A stretch of DNA of 53,676 bases from Atractiella rhizophila (Eukaryota): contig MU271470.1 in the NCBI GenBank assembly GCA_021432655.1, positions 1 to 53,676 of the forward strand. Reading direction: 5' to 3'. Below are positions 26,522 to 41,380 of the stretch, one piece after another; within the stretch, counting starts at the first letter, position 1, and every line of letters begins with the position of its first letter. Both the position numbers and the translations under genes were made by a program. The notes under the pieces are model-generated. The model was not told the origin of the DNA, searched no databases, and worked only from the letters and a program-made list of their open reading frames with translations.

Positions 26522-26848
26522 ATTGATGGCGATGCTTAGGCCTTCGAAAGCGCTAGAGGAGACGTGGTCGTTGAGTTATGTTTGGAATGTGGAGAAGGTG
26601 CCACGTCAACCGGCTTCGGAAAGAATGATCGCGCTAATTTACTGCTCGGGCAGGCTTCTCGATTTCAGTGGGAGTCGTGGCTTTCATAGCATGAGGACTG
26701 GGAATAAGACCAATGACGCACCCGTTACGCAGACGAGCCGTCTACTCACCCGAATACGGCGCCGCATCCTGGTCTGTTGCTATAACAGAGACTTGCTTCC
26801 TCCCGCAATGCTCGCAATCATACAACAGGCAAAATCTTCACTTTAGCG

Positions 26849-28044
26849 ATGGCCACCCTAAACCCTTCTCAACCACTTTCAATTATGTCCACCTTCACTC
26901 TCAACTCTGGGGCCACCATGCCAGCACTTGGTCTGTCCTCTTCTGGTTTCTGTCTTTCTACCACTAATGATTCTATCAGGGCTTGGATTCGCCAAAACAC
27001 CGGATAGTACACAATTGCCAGACAGTGTGCCAGCCCTGGAATCCCTCAAAGTTGGTTACAGGCATATCGACTGTGCTCGTCATTACAAGAATGAGGACCA
27101 AGTTGGAGTGGCGATCCGCGAAAGGTGGGATTTCTCCTAATAATTCACTATTTTCATGTTTGGCTAACGAGAGACTCAGTCACATTCCAAGGGAAGAAGT
27201 GTTTTGTACTTCCAAAGTGATGTCTAGCGAATACTCCTCGTCACCTTCAATCCCACAAGCCATCCTAGAAGCGGTCGAAGACTCTCTCGCTCGGTTCAAG
27301 TACGATTACCTCGATTTGTATCTTCTGCATGACCCTAAGGCAGGTCCGGAAGGACGTATTGAAGCTTGGAAAGGCCTCGAGATGGCAGTGGAGCGAGGTC
27401 ACGTCAAAAACATAGGAGTGAGCAACTTCGGAGTAGCTCATCTCCAACAGCTGCTTGCTTCAAAACCGAAGATAAAACCGGCTACAAACCAAATCGAGCT
27501 GCACCCTTGGTGCCAGCAGAGGGAAATTCAGGATCTATGTGAGAAAGAGGGGATACTAGTCCAAGGCAAGCACACTTCTGCTTCAGCATGAAAGAGACCT
27601 TAATTAAAGTGCAGCGTACTGCCCCCTTGTAAGGGGCAAAAGGATGTCGGACCCTACTCTCACGAAAATTAGCGAAAAGGTTCACTATCCTTGCTTTTCT
27701 TCTAGCCTGCACAAGAGACTTACCTGAATATGTAGCATAAAAAAACTCCAGCCCAAGTCCTCATTCGGTGGTGTTTACAACACAACCTCAACCCACTACC
27801 AAAGAGCACACAGGCCAGCCGGATCAGTACATTTTCTTGCTCTCGTTCCATAATCCGTTTCACTGAGAGGTATTAATATAGAGGAGAACGCCGACGTATT
27901 TGACTTCGAGTTGTCTACAGAGGATATGCGTGATCTTGACGATCTCGATGAAGGTGCCAAAGGAGCAGTCTCCTGGAACCCAGTGGTGAGTTTCCCAGAA
28001 GGAAATCAGTCGAAGCGATTGAGTCTGCCCAGGATGCACCTTGA
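26849..28044 (+). CDS. Aldo-keto reductase (AKR paralog 2), multi-exon
   Basis: FTLNSGATMPALG, GYRHIDCARHYKNE, EVFCTSK, DLYLLHDP, IGVSNFG, NQIELHPW, KTPAQVLIRW. Ends WNPV/DAP* after a 47-nt intron. Confidence 0.93.
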
Positions 28045-28158
28045 ACAATTGCCAAAAGGATTCGACGGTTTGTACAAGGAAGTTGTTCAAAGGAGACAGG
28101 AAATTGCATGTTCAATGTTTACATCCATGTAACAACGAAAGTGTTATCGAATGTAAGC

Positions 28159-29334
28159 TTAAGTAACATCCTGTGGTTAACTAGGTTAGCAACTGGCTGA
28201 TTGACGTTGAAGGAAGAGGACAAACAACTGGATTCCAAGAGGTAGCACCTCGAGAGCCCTGATCGAGCCCATCCAAAACGCCCATATCCTCTTGAGACAA
28301 TTCGAAGTCAAAAACCTCAGTATTCTCTCCTGCAACCTCTATCAGGTACTGACGGTGAAGTTGTAAAGGAAACGTGCTCATCCGAGATGCAACTGCGCTC
28401 TTAGGCACAACCGGAATGCCTTGTTGGAGGCACCAACGGATCAAAATCTGGGCAGGCGTTTTGCTGTGCTGGAATCCAATCAAAAACAAATAGCTTCGCA
28501 ATGCAGTAGAGACCTGCCTTCGACGATATTTGCAGTAACGTAGGATCATCCATGAGCTTTCCCCTCGCAAGGCAACAGTATGCTAAGCCCATGGTCAGAT
28601 GAACATCCTCTCTCCCTCGAAAAAATTGGCCTACATTGGACTATGATGTTTTCCTTTTCACAGAATGCCCTGATTTCTCTTTGTTGACACCAGGGATGAA
28701 CTTCAATCTGGTTAACAGCCGGCCTTATCTTCGGTTTGGAAGTGAGGAGCTGCTCAAGGTGAGCGACTCCAAAGTTGCTGACACCGATACTCCTGCAATA
28801 TCTCTTTTCGACAGCCATCTCCAATCCCTTCCAGGCGTCAATCCGTCCTTGTTCACCTGCACATGGGTCGTGAAGCAGGAAGAGGTCGAAATACCCTAAG
28901 GTAGAGCGCACCACCGAATCTTTTACAGCTTCCAACACCGCGAGTGCCATGTTCGGCGATCCTACGTAATCGGCAGATGAAAGAGAAGTTTCGGGAAAGC
29001 CAGCCATCGTTTTAGAGATGCAGAAAACTTCTTCTCGTGGCTTACCACTGCTTAATGTTGACATCAAAATTATAAAAACGCATATTTGCCAGCTCGCACC
29101 TTTGACGTATAGCATCTCCCATCAGCTCTTCGTTCTCGTCGAATCGCGAACCATCCAGCAGACGATAACCGATCCTGAGAGCCTCTAAAGCTGCCGTACA
29201 CTCGCTGCTCTTGTAAAATCCATATCCTGCCAAGTCAATCACTCAAATGATCAAAGCTTTGCATCTTGAAATGACTGAAACTAACCCAAAAGTGGCAACG
29301 AATATCCAGAGTTCAAAAGGGTTGTAGATTGCAT
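28159..29334 (-). CDS. Aldo-keto reductase-fold protein (AKR paralog 3) lacking the catalytic Tyr
   Basis: MQSTTLLNSGYSLPLLG, GYRLLDGSRFDENE, EVFCISK, DLFLLHDP, RSIGVSNFG, PAVNQIEVHPW, KTPAQILIRW. Ends WNPV/DVT*. Confidence 0.9.
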
Positions 29335-30168
29335 GCCGAAATATCTGGTAGAATTGAACCCAAAGAAATGGCTCGACTATCATTATGTGAGCAGCAAGAC
29401 GCTCACCAAATGAAGGCATTAAGCAACGAACAGGTTTTATATTGGTTTCAGTTCCATGGATCTGTGGGCCAAGCAATGGGTATGAGGCCTATATGAAGGC
29501 TGTCAATTGCCAATCACAACATTCAACCCTCGTAAATCTACACAATGCTGTTGTCACTGGCAGTTGTCCAATGTTGACAGCGCGAGCTGTCGCAGCTGAG
29601 CGCACGAAGTTCTGAATTACAGTCACGGAAGGAGTGTCATCAAGGTTGGTGTAGGTTACGACGAATGGTTCAGGAGATGTTAGAGGAGTGATAAGCAATA
29701 CTGAGGTCTGCACTTATTTTAATCTTATTCTGCTTTGGTCAAAACGGACATGTCAATATTTCAATTACAATATTGAGATTCATCGTTGAGGGTCTTCTTG
29801 ATCAACTTGAAGTTGAAAAACCCATAGATGAGATAGGTGAGACGGTGATGGCCTGGAAGAGTTGTCACTGTCGCAGAGGAGATATTTCATTTTCAATTAT
29901 CTTTATCTTAAAGCAGCTTGTGAGGAGACGACCAGCTTGTTCCGGCTTGATGGAGTTGGATCAGTTAGAGGACATGAAGATTAACGGAAAAGGAACTGAC
30001 AAGCCAAGACAAGCTTGCAATTGTGCAAGCGAAGTGGACTCTTTAGAATCTCGATTCCGCTTGCCGAAAAATGTGGTGAAATGACGCAGAACACTACAAG
30101 ATCCGCAAGATGACCTCAAACGAGGTGTAGCATTTGCATGTAAGCGCAGACCGGCGGCAGGCATAGCA

Positions 30169-30176
30169 TATAAAAA
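30169..30176 (+). promoter_or_regulatory. TATA box of the Rds1-like gene
   Basis: TATAAAAA about 85-90 nt upstream of ATG 30259. Confidence 0.55.
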
Positions 30177-30258
30177 GCCTGAATGTACCTGTCCTCAAAG
30201 CTCAAGCACGCTCAAGTTACAGCAAATCGTTCCTACCATAGAAAGCAACGCCTCAAAA

Positions 30259-31814
30259 ATGCTCTTCCTCTCTCTGCTTGTTGTCGTGAGCGCGCTACCA
30301 GCTCAGTTGGAGCATGTCGAAAGGAACAACTACAACTCTGAACAGCCCTTCAATGGAGCGCTCGATGGTCCACATATACCTTCAGGAGGTACGTCTTCCT
30401 GCCTTTCCGTGGGCAGCCGCTAATACTTGCTCTGTCACGTACAGGCGTTGGAGTAAAACCTTCTGATCCGCCCCCTAAGTATGTGCCTCTATCCAATTTT
30501 GATTTTCAGTCGCTTGTACGTCTCTCCTCTAGCCAACTCCTGTCTGTTCCTGATGAATATGCACAGAATTTAGCCCTCAATCAAGAATACATTGAGCTCG
30601 ACTTGTTCCATCACGGTCTCGCAAGGTTTTCAGATGCTGACTTCGATGCGCACGGAATCAATGCTGAAGGACGCTACCTACTCCAGGAAATGTGATCTCT
30701 CTCGATCCTACGATTTCAAATTGCTGAAAAGTGATGGTAGGGCGGACCAAGAGGTCGGGCATGCAACTGCTCTTTCAAACATTCTAGGCCCAAAGGCAGC
30801 CAAGAGGTGCAACTACACGTTCGTTGTTCTGTCCTCCTCCGTCTGTCAGCTGATGAAGGTGGTCAGGTATCCATTCAACGACGTTCCTGGGTTTTTAGCT
30901 TTTAGCTCGGCGTTGACGAGGTGGGGAGAAGCTGGTGTCTACGGCTTCTTACCTCATCTTGACTCTCGTCCAGCTGCGCAGATCCTGCTTCAGGTCAGTA
31001 TTAGAATCACAATGGATAATGAACTGACGGCGTTGTATAGAGCATCACCGTCGAAGCCCGTCAGGAAATGATCTTCCGACAATTTGAGGGTCTCTTCCCA
31101 ATGCCGCAATGGCATAACATGGGTCTGCCGCAGTCTATGTGCGTAATCTGAGTCTGTAACAAGGACCCATCTGATGGAGATCAAAGGGCTTGGACCCTTC
31201 TCGCACCTTATCTCGCGTCTTGTCCCAAGGAAAATCCAAAGATCCAATGGCAGAACTTCCCTGCTCTCAAGATCCTCAACAATCCCAATCCGGTCGTTGC
31301 GAATGCTGCTGTTTCGCGAAATACTAGCGACTTAACCGCTCCAGGTAGGATGGTTCAGTTGCAATGGGAGAAACCGGGCAAAAACGTTAGTTATGGAAAC
31401 GGTCTGTACAAAACAGAGACAAATGCTGGGAAGCCGAAGGTACGTCTCTATCGATACCTAGGATTTGAACAGTATTTGACATCACGCGATGCAGTTCGCA
31501 GCATGGATCTCCCAGCTCAATGTCACTTATACCCCTCTCACTAATTTTTCGAGCGATGGACACTCCGCTTTCACAAAACAGCCTGATGCCAGATTATTCC
31601 CAAATTCGATCTTGAGGGGTCTCGGGAACGACACTGCCCCATTCATAGTTAACGTGAGTGGCTCCCTTCTGGAGTAAAGCTCATTGCAACTACGAGGTAA
31701 TAGGCGACTATGTTCATCGCTATCACAGATACAAATCTGCACGTTACGCCATATAATACCAGCTTAATCAATCCCCATGTTGTTGCTGGACCCGCTGTAT
31801 ACTTCAGCGGATAA
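30259..31814 (+). CDS. Secreted ferritin-like stress protein (Rds1 / desiccation-related family), multi-exon
   Basis: Signal peptide MLFLSLLVVVSA; DFQSLNLALNQEYIELDLF; MADQEVGHA; LTRWGEAGVYGFLPHLDSR; SITVEARQ; WQNFPAL; ends PHVVAGPAVYFSG*. Confidence 0.88.
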
Positions 31815-32227
31815 GCATTCGCTCTGTTGTTTACTTCCCAGCGTACGAGTCTTTGACGAGAGAGTCTCAAAACCAATAGTTCTAGGATTGTGTCCGCCAC
31901 GTGCAAAAATTGAAAGTTAATAATGTAATACCAAAGCATCTCATGCAGATGCACATGTCTCATTCCCTGACGGTGCAGAAACAACGCAAACGCTGTTGAG
32001 TTGAGACGTTGGCTTCCCCATTGGTTGCGCGGTTGCCCCAGAATCTAATCTAGCCCAACGCTGGCACATCTCGCATCAGGAAGGCGTAAGTTGCACCTTA
32101 TTACGACCAAAGGGACCACCATCACAGAAGTTGTTGATTCTGCTTTCCGCCTCAAGTATTGTGACAGTATCGGTCGCCATTGAAAGATTCCAAACCAAAA
32201 AACTGGTGCCTTGGCTGAACAGCGAGG

Positions 32228-34798
<2,571 letters not shown>

Positions 34799-35453
34799 TG
34801 CGAACTTTCCTCTTGATTCAGGACGTGGCGTTGAGTTACTTGACCAAGATGAAGGATGCCTGGTATGAGGTGCATTTGATCTGATCTGAATCATTACCAT
34901 GTGCAATTGCACTTTGTGCCCACTGAGAGTGTGGAGGCAGTGATGGTTGGAAACCTTGTAGGATACAGCATGTATAACAGAGATCGCAGCAGCGAAATGA
35001 AATCGAAAATGATAAAGAATCAAGGGTAACAGCATTAGCGATACTAGACCAACTTCGATCGACTGCGTGTACATATTTTTCCATCCTCAGAAGGGAAAAG
35101 CAAGGCTGTGCACTGATAATAGTAACTTGAACATTTTCACAGAAGGTAAAGGTAATGGATAAGCGGGTGAAGCGGAAAGTCCAGTGGGAAGAATGAGCTG
35201 AAAAGAAATAGGATCTAGTAATCGATCTGGGAAGTAGGTTGAACTATACGAGCAAGAACGAATGAAAATTAAGGGACGTTTGAACGACAACACAACTATC
35301 GCACGTCTTCACGGTAAAGTAATAACATAAAACGGACGTGCAAATGTGCGACTCTGCCCTCATTCAGTTGAATGAAACGCTAATCCTTAACCATCCATTG
35401 GTGAACCAGCAAAGCCTGCAGAAGATGGTCCACCATCAACCGAGGCGAGTGGC

Positions 35454-37495
35454 TCACATCTGCATTTGTGAGCCTTTGCGGTCCATCGACGGCGGCGGGC
35501 TTTCTGACGTCGTGCGACTGCCGGTTCTGCTGCTCTGATTCGAAACATTGGCATTTGGATGACGTGGGGGGATATAGCCTGAGGGATATTGCGGTGGTGG
35601 ATGACTTCCTGTGTTGAGCAGCTGAAGGCCGAGTTGTCCGTGGGGGCCAGAATGTGAATAATGATACCGTAATCCATTCATACTGAATGAGAAGTCAGTT
35701 GGCTGATCAATAGGTGTCAAGAGAAATGACCGACTTCTTATAACGCTTGCCGCAGCCACCTTGATGGCACATGAATGGCTTGCTTTCCTCCACGTCGTAT
35801 GGTAATTCGATCTGGTGAACGCCATTGCCTCCATTTACGTTCGACATGGCTGCATCTCCACTCCGGTTTGCGTCACCTTCGCCTCCAGTCACTCCATCCA
35901 TAGGTACCGTAACCGTTGCGTTGCAATGACCATGGATTCGGTGATACTTCAAACCATTCATCTGTTTGTAGCTCTTTTCACAGCCAGGAACGGGGCATTT
36001 AAACGGTTTCGGCGGCGGCGCGAAAGCCCTCGAAGTCGATAACGAGAGAAGGGACGAAGGAGAGAGAGATTGGAGATTGAGACTCGAGTTTTCGTTTTCA
36101 GAGCTTGGAGGTGGCTTAATCTTTTTTCCAACAGGAGGCGTCTTCACCTTCTTCGGGCTGCTGGGGGTACCACTAAGAGAGGCATGTCGATTAATTCCCA
36201 CTGCGTGAGGGTTGGGGAACTCGGACATTGTCGGAGAGGACGGTTCAGTTTGGGATGCTCGAGGAGCAGGAGATGTTGGCTGTTCGGTGGTCGGGAATGG
36301 AACCCCGCCAAAACCTCCATGGAAAAAGGATGGATGAATGCCGCCCTCGACACCAGGTGCTTGTTGCTGCTGCTGGTTCATAAGCGCGTAAGCAAACTGA
36401 TCCAGAAAATCTTGGTCAAGCTCTTCGCCAAGCGGGGTTCCCGGTAACGAGTTTTCTGGCGTCGAGAACAAACTGTTGGAAGTGGCGGGAGAGGCGCCGG
36501 CCGAAGGAATGTCTACGCCACGACGACTAAGGCGTTGACCTTGATGCAGCATATCTGGCGAAGGCGTAACTTTCGGAAGGTGTTCGGTGGTGTTTCCGTT
36601 GATGTTCACTGTTTCGCAACGGGTCAACCTTGAATTACAGCTTAATTTCCAGTCACTAACCTTGGTTGCCGTTTCGGAGAGGGGCGTAAGATGTAGAAGC
36701 AATCATGCTCTCGGCTTGAGAGGTGGACAAATCATCGTCTAAATCCATCTCGATTCCGTCCATCTCCATAGTCTCCCATTCAGGAACGCCACCGATAGCC
36801 GGGAAGGGAGGCGTCGCAGCAGGGAAAGAAGATGAGTTCGCAGAAGAAGAACTGGAAGCTTGAGGGTTCTGCGACTGCTGTTGAGCAGCCGCGAAGGCGG
36901 CTGCAAGGAGTTGAGTGACATCGAATCCAGTATTGGATCCGCTCCCTGGAGAGCTTGAGATCTGGCTACCAGGATTAACGTGCCTCTCTTCAAAGTGTTC
37001 CAGAAGGCCATGCAAGTCTTCCAATTTGATCCCACAACAAGTAAAGTTCTTGCAGAAATTCGCTTCAAGCGATTGGAGGTGTGCCGCGGAGGAGAAGTTG
37101 GAGTTCGGAGTGACGGACAAGACGAGGTTCGAGCCATTCTGAGACGAGAATGGGAATCCAGGACCTGTAGGTGTGAAGGAAAACTGCTGGGGGAATGAGC
37201 CGGACGAAGTGGCTTGCCACACAATATGCGGCGATGACGAGAATTGCATGGAAAACGTCAGGGAGCCAGAAGGCTGGAAAGGCGGCGTTCGGGAAACGGA
37301 ACCTGGAGAGATTCCGTATGGGAAGGGAGGTTGACCTGAAGCTTGCGAAACAGCGTGGTGCTTCGACCTGCAAGTCACAACGACGACTCTCAGTTACTGA
37401 TGCAGATCGCGCACAAACCCAGCCTCTAGCACCGATGACCAACAGAAAACTCACCCGTTCGCATCTGAACGTTTAATGAACACAGGAGCCTGCAT
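35454..37495 (-). CDS. SFP1: Split C2H2 zinc-finger transcription factor Sfp1
   Basis: N-terminal LEANFCKNFTCCGIKLEDLHGLLEHFEERH; KPFKCPVPGCEKSYKQMNGLKYHRIHGHC; KPFMCHQGGCGKRYK/MNGLRYHYSHS. The start (ATG 37495, MQAPVFIKR) and 3' end are approximate. Confidence 0.88.
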
Positions 37496-39094
37496 GTTGC
37501 TCACTTTTGGTTTTGGTGGTTCCTGAACTCGAAGCAGCTGATAGCGAGCGGAACCTGACTCGTCGCTCGGTTGTTATTATAACGTCTGGGTTCGAGGTCA
37601 TTAACCGTCACAATCCAAGAAACCGCAGTGCTCACCTCTTTTGTTCTAAACGGACGAAGTCAATCGAAGGCTCTTAACGGCTTGAGCGCGAATCGATGAT
37701 TTTGTTGACCTCGTCGCTGGATGTTTTGATTCTAGTGTGTGGCAAACTTTCAGCCAAGGAAATGCGACCCGTTCACAGTTGGAAGTCAGGGCTCGATGGG
37801 ATGCTGGACGTTGGCTTGATGAATGCGTTGGGGATCTTATATACTTAAGCTTTGTCTATGGGAGCTCACGCTTGTGCAGGGCGGAGCAGGATTGGCGAGG
37901 CGAGAGCTGGACTCGCTTTATAAGGGTGTGTCCGGAAGAAGTGGTCGGACGTGAATCTAGCGTCGGAAGTTTATTGTACTCACTAGTTCGGCCCATCCGA
38001 TTGGTTCAGATGACTTCAAACGGTCTCGGCTGATAGCGTTGGTTAATGGAGACTCAATGGAGCTCAGAGGCGCGTGTGCAGAGATGACGGCGGTAGGAGG
38101 TGTGAGTAGAGGACTGGAGGAGGAGGGACCAGCAGTCGCTGTTGCATCTTCAAGTTGATTTCATTCATTGCTTGACTTGATAGAGTTTCAAGCAAGCATC
38201 TGATCTCCTAAAACGAATGTGGCCATTGCAGATGCCATCAACTCAGCCGACAGCTCACTAGGGCGTTTGGACGAAAGACTGAGGAGGCACAACTAGGAGG
38301 AGGCAAACAAGTCCGGGCAGGATCGGTTCACATTGAACGGGTCGTCTCTTTTGCGTCAAGGCAAGAAGATCATACAAAAGCTCCTTATTGATCAATGTCC
38401 ATCGCGTCCATCCTCCACAGCAGATGTCACATAGACGCAAGGTGAAATTGAGCATGAAGGATTTCCGGGCATCCTCCCAACCCAACGAAACGAAACGATG
38501 CAAGGCATGCCCAAGCCTAGAGAACATTCCGTGCGTTTGATGGCGACAAAATAAGCGTGCAGACAATATTGAGACACGCGAAAATCACGCGAGGGACATG
38601 TGTCTCGCCGAAATCAGCATAGCCGACGAACAATGCCGAAACCCGGCTCGGGAGCAGGCGAGGGAATTGAGTGGTGCACTCAATTCATGGCGGCTTTGCA
38701 AAGCGGTACGTCGAAGAAGAACGCCTCTATGAACTGCTCGAGGAGACTTCGAGGCAAAGACAGACGTCCAAGTGTGCCCACTGCATTGTGACACACGAAA
38801 GTGACAAACCTTTCGGCCAAATCTCAAATCGTGCTAAAACACAAGTACAATCCCCCACGTTGAAATGGAGACCCGAAAGGCGAGACAACTGGCCACGATC
38901 AAGAGATGGTCGTGAGATGAGCAGAGACAAACAAATGATTGCCTCGAGGACGCGTTCTGTCTCCAGGCGTCGTATAACGTAGTAGCGCACCTGACCATGT
39001 TGACAAGTTTGTAACCACAGCAGTCTCGTTCTTGACAACCTGATAGCCAGGCGATTTCAGGCTCGATCAGGAAGCTGGATTCTTTAACCCCAAA

Positions 39095-40768
39095 GACACC
39101 TCAAAGACTCAATCTATATTCGCCAAACCCCCAGGACTAGAGAAACCTGGAACGGAAGGGAAAGTATACGTTCTAAAGAAAGGACTATATGGCCTGTTGG
39201 AAGCAGCTTGTCTATGGTTTGACACGCTCAAAGAAGACCTCCAAACGAAAGGTTGGACTCCCCTATGGTCCGACTCCTGTGTCTTCACAAAGAGGGTAGA
39301 CGGCAAGCTCTACATCCTAGTCGTTTATGTTGACGACACGCTCCTATTGGGGAAGGATCGAGGAATTGTCCAAATGCTTCAGCAGGAGCTGGGGACTTCA
39401 TTCGCGATGCGAACACTCGGGGAAGTTGGGAAATTTCTTGGAATGGAAATCAAACGGGATTGGGAGAAGCGCACGATCAGCCTGACTCAAAGAGTCTACA
39501 CGGCGAGAATCTTAGAGAAGTTTGGGTTCACAAACAGCTACGCGAGTGTGCCTGCAAATCCAAAAGCAAAATTGGAACCATTCGATGGCGTTTGGACTGA
39601 AGAAGAGCTCGCCAACAAGCCTAAGTGGTCTTTCCTGGAAGCGACCGGATGCCTCAACTGGCTTTCAATTTGCACACGGCCAGATATAACGTATGCACTC
39701 TCAAACGTCCAGCGATTTGCAGCCAACCCGGGTCCAAATCATTATAAGGCAGTCAAACAAATCTTCCGTTACCTCAATGCAACCTCGAATAAAGGTTTGC
39801 TATTCAACGGCAACGATCGGAGACCCCTTCACGCATACGCTGACGCCTCCTTTGCCTCTCTTCTTCCCTCTCTCAAGTCGCAAGAAGGTCGGCTCACCAT
39901 GCTCTGCGGAGCACCCATCACTTTCAAATCAAAACCACAGACAGTTGTCGCCCTTTCTTCTGGTGAAGCAGAATATGGTGCTGCTGCAAAGGCAACTGCA
40001 GACCTCTTGTGGACGAGAGGTCTTTTCGAGGAACTAGGAGCCCTGGCAAGCGTCCATAACGTATCTCCTGGAGAAGAGATCCCTCCAACCACTGTCTTCG
40101 AAGACAATCAGGCTGCAATAAAGATATCAACAAACGGCGTTCACCACGCGCAGAGCAAGCCCTTCCTACTTCGCTATCATATGGTAAGAGACAACGTGCA
40201 AAAAGGGAACATCGTACTACGGTACATACAGACCAAGCACCAAATTGCCGACGTTCTCACGAAACCTCTCTCAAAGGACGTCTTTCACCAATGCATATTC
40301 GCCATGGGAGTACGGGACATCGGAGAGCGCATTACCTTCACGTAGCATCTAATCTGTTTGACAAAATGCTTGCATTGCAACTTACAGTAATATCTTGGAG
40401 AAGACTTTAAAAGAATTGCATTTGACCACACACCGTCTTTGTCTACCCTATCATTTCTGCATCTTTCCTCCTGTATCGCACTAGCTGTTTTCATTTCGTT
40501 CGTCTGCGTTACGGTAGCGTACGGAGTGGGAGTGTTGAAGTTATTACGTTTTTGACTTTTACTTTCTTTCTGCCCTTTTGAGCTGGCTATCGCATCTGGT
40601 GTCAGTTCCGCCCGCTCCCGTAGTTTAGTCTGTTTTTCAGCTATCTGAGGTTCATCTTTTCTTCGTTCTGTCACTCTGATGAACCTCAGGTAGGTGACTC
40701 CTCACCAACGTTCATGCAATGCTGATCTTTTCTTCGTTCTGTCACTCTGATGAACCTCAGTTTCAACA
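39095..40768 (+). mobile_element. 5'-truncated Ty1/copia LTR retrotransposon (partial RT, RNase H, PPT, 3' LTR)
   Basis: HLKDSIYIRQ/PPG (+1 frameshift at ~39124-39127), LKKGLYGL, YVDD, FLGMEI, TRPDITY, AYADASFA, ALSSGEAEY, EDNQAAI, QIADVLTKPL; stop at 40345. PPT GGAGTGGGAG 40523-40532. No gag, protease, integrase or 5' LTR seen. Confidence 0.93.
40533..40768 (+). repeat. 3' LTR (236 bp)
   Basis: Begins TGTTGAA directly after the PPT and ends TTCAACA (7-bp terminal inverted repeat). Contains a 36-nt direct repeat at 40654-40689 and 40725-40760. Confidence 0.8.
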
Positions 40769-41380
40769 CTCTACAGTCGAGCCGCAATTGTAAAAATGTT
40801 CATCCATTGCTCAAGAAATATTAGTAGGAAGGAAAAATAAATCTGACTCTGTACTATCCTGCAAAACGCGTCTCCTTCTCAGCAGACGGCTGTAGAGCGA
40901 CGCGCTTTGAAAAAAGCGTCTGCTCGCTCTGGGATGGTATGCGTTGGTGTAGCAATGAACCAGCGGAAGCCACACCAGTATAATAAAGACAAAATTGATA
41001 GGACACACACCTGTACTTTCTGTACAACCGCATCTGATTTCGCTTCTTCGCACTTCCTCCCAGCTATATCTGCGTTGACCGTCCTACATTTCCTCGTGCA
41101 TAGCAGTTGCTCAACCCACTTTCTCCCGTCCAAACACCTCTTAGCAAGTCCTTTACGGTAGTAATAGACGAGTTCAAGTGAGGTGAGTCGTGGGTTCGAC
41201 GTGCGAGATCGAATTTTTTAAAGTTTCTTTGTCCTGCTTGATGAGGAATCTGCCGCAAGGTTCAGATCGACTCCGTCCATTTCGTTGGTTCCAATTTCAA
41301 CCAAATCCATTCTCCTGCTGCCATATTCCCTGCCCAGCATTGCACTGACCCACTCTCACGCCCAGCAGCATATCGCATAG

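Noticed and set aside
38997..39095. ATG 38997 plus a 44-nt intron would join in frame to the copia RT ORF (domesticated RT-RNase H gene?), with LDQEAGFFN resembling RT motif A
   Set aside because: The true copia reading (HLKDSIYIRQ/PPG) is in a different frame upstream of the frameshift at ~39125, so the apparent N-terminus is most likely chance sequence.
40654..40760. 36-nt direct repeats separated by 35 nt resemble a minimal CRISPR repeat-spacer-repeat
   Set aside because: There are only two copies, they lie inside a retrotransposon LTR in a eukaryotic genome, and no cas genes are present.
37580..41210. GTTCGA/GTTCAA T-loop-like motifs (e.g. ~37589, ~41171, ~41194) as tRNA genes
   Set aside because: No acceptor stem, D-arm or anticodon arm could be folded around them.
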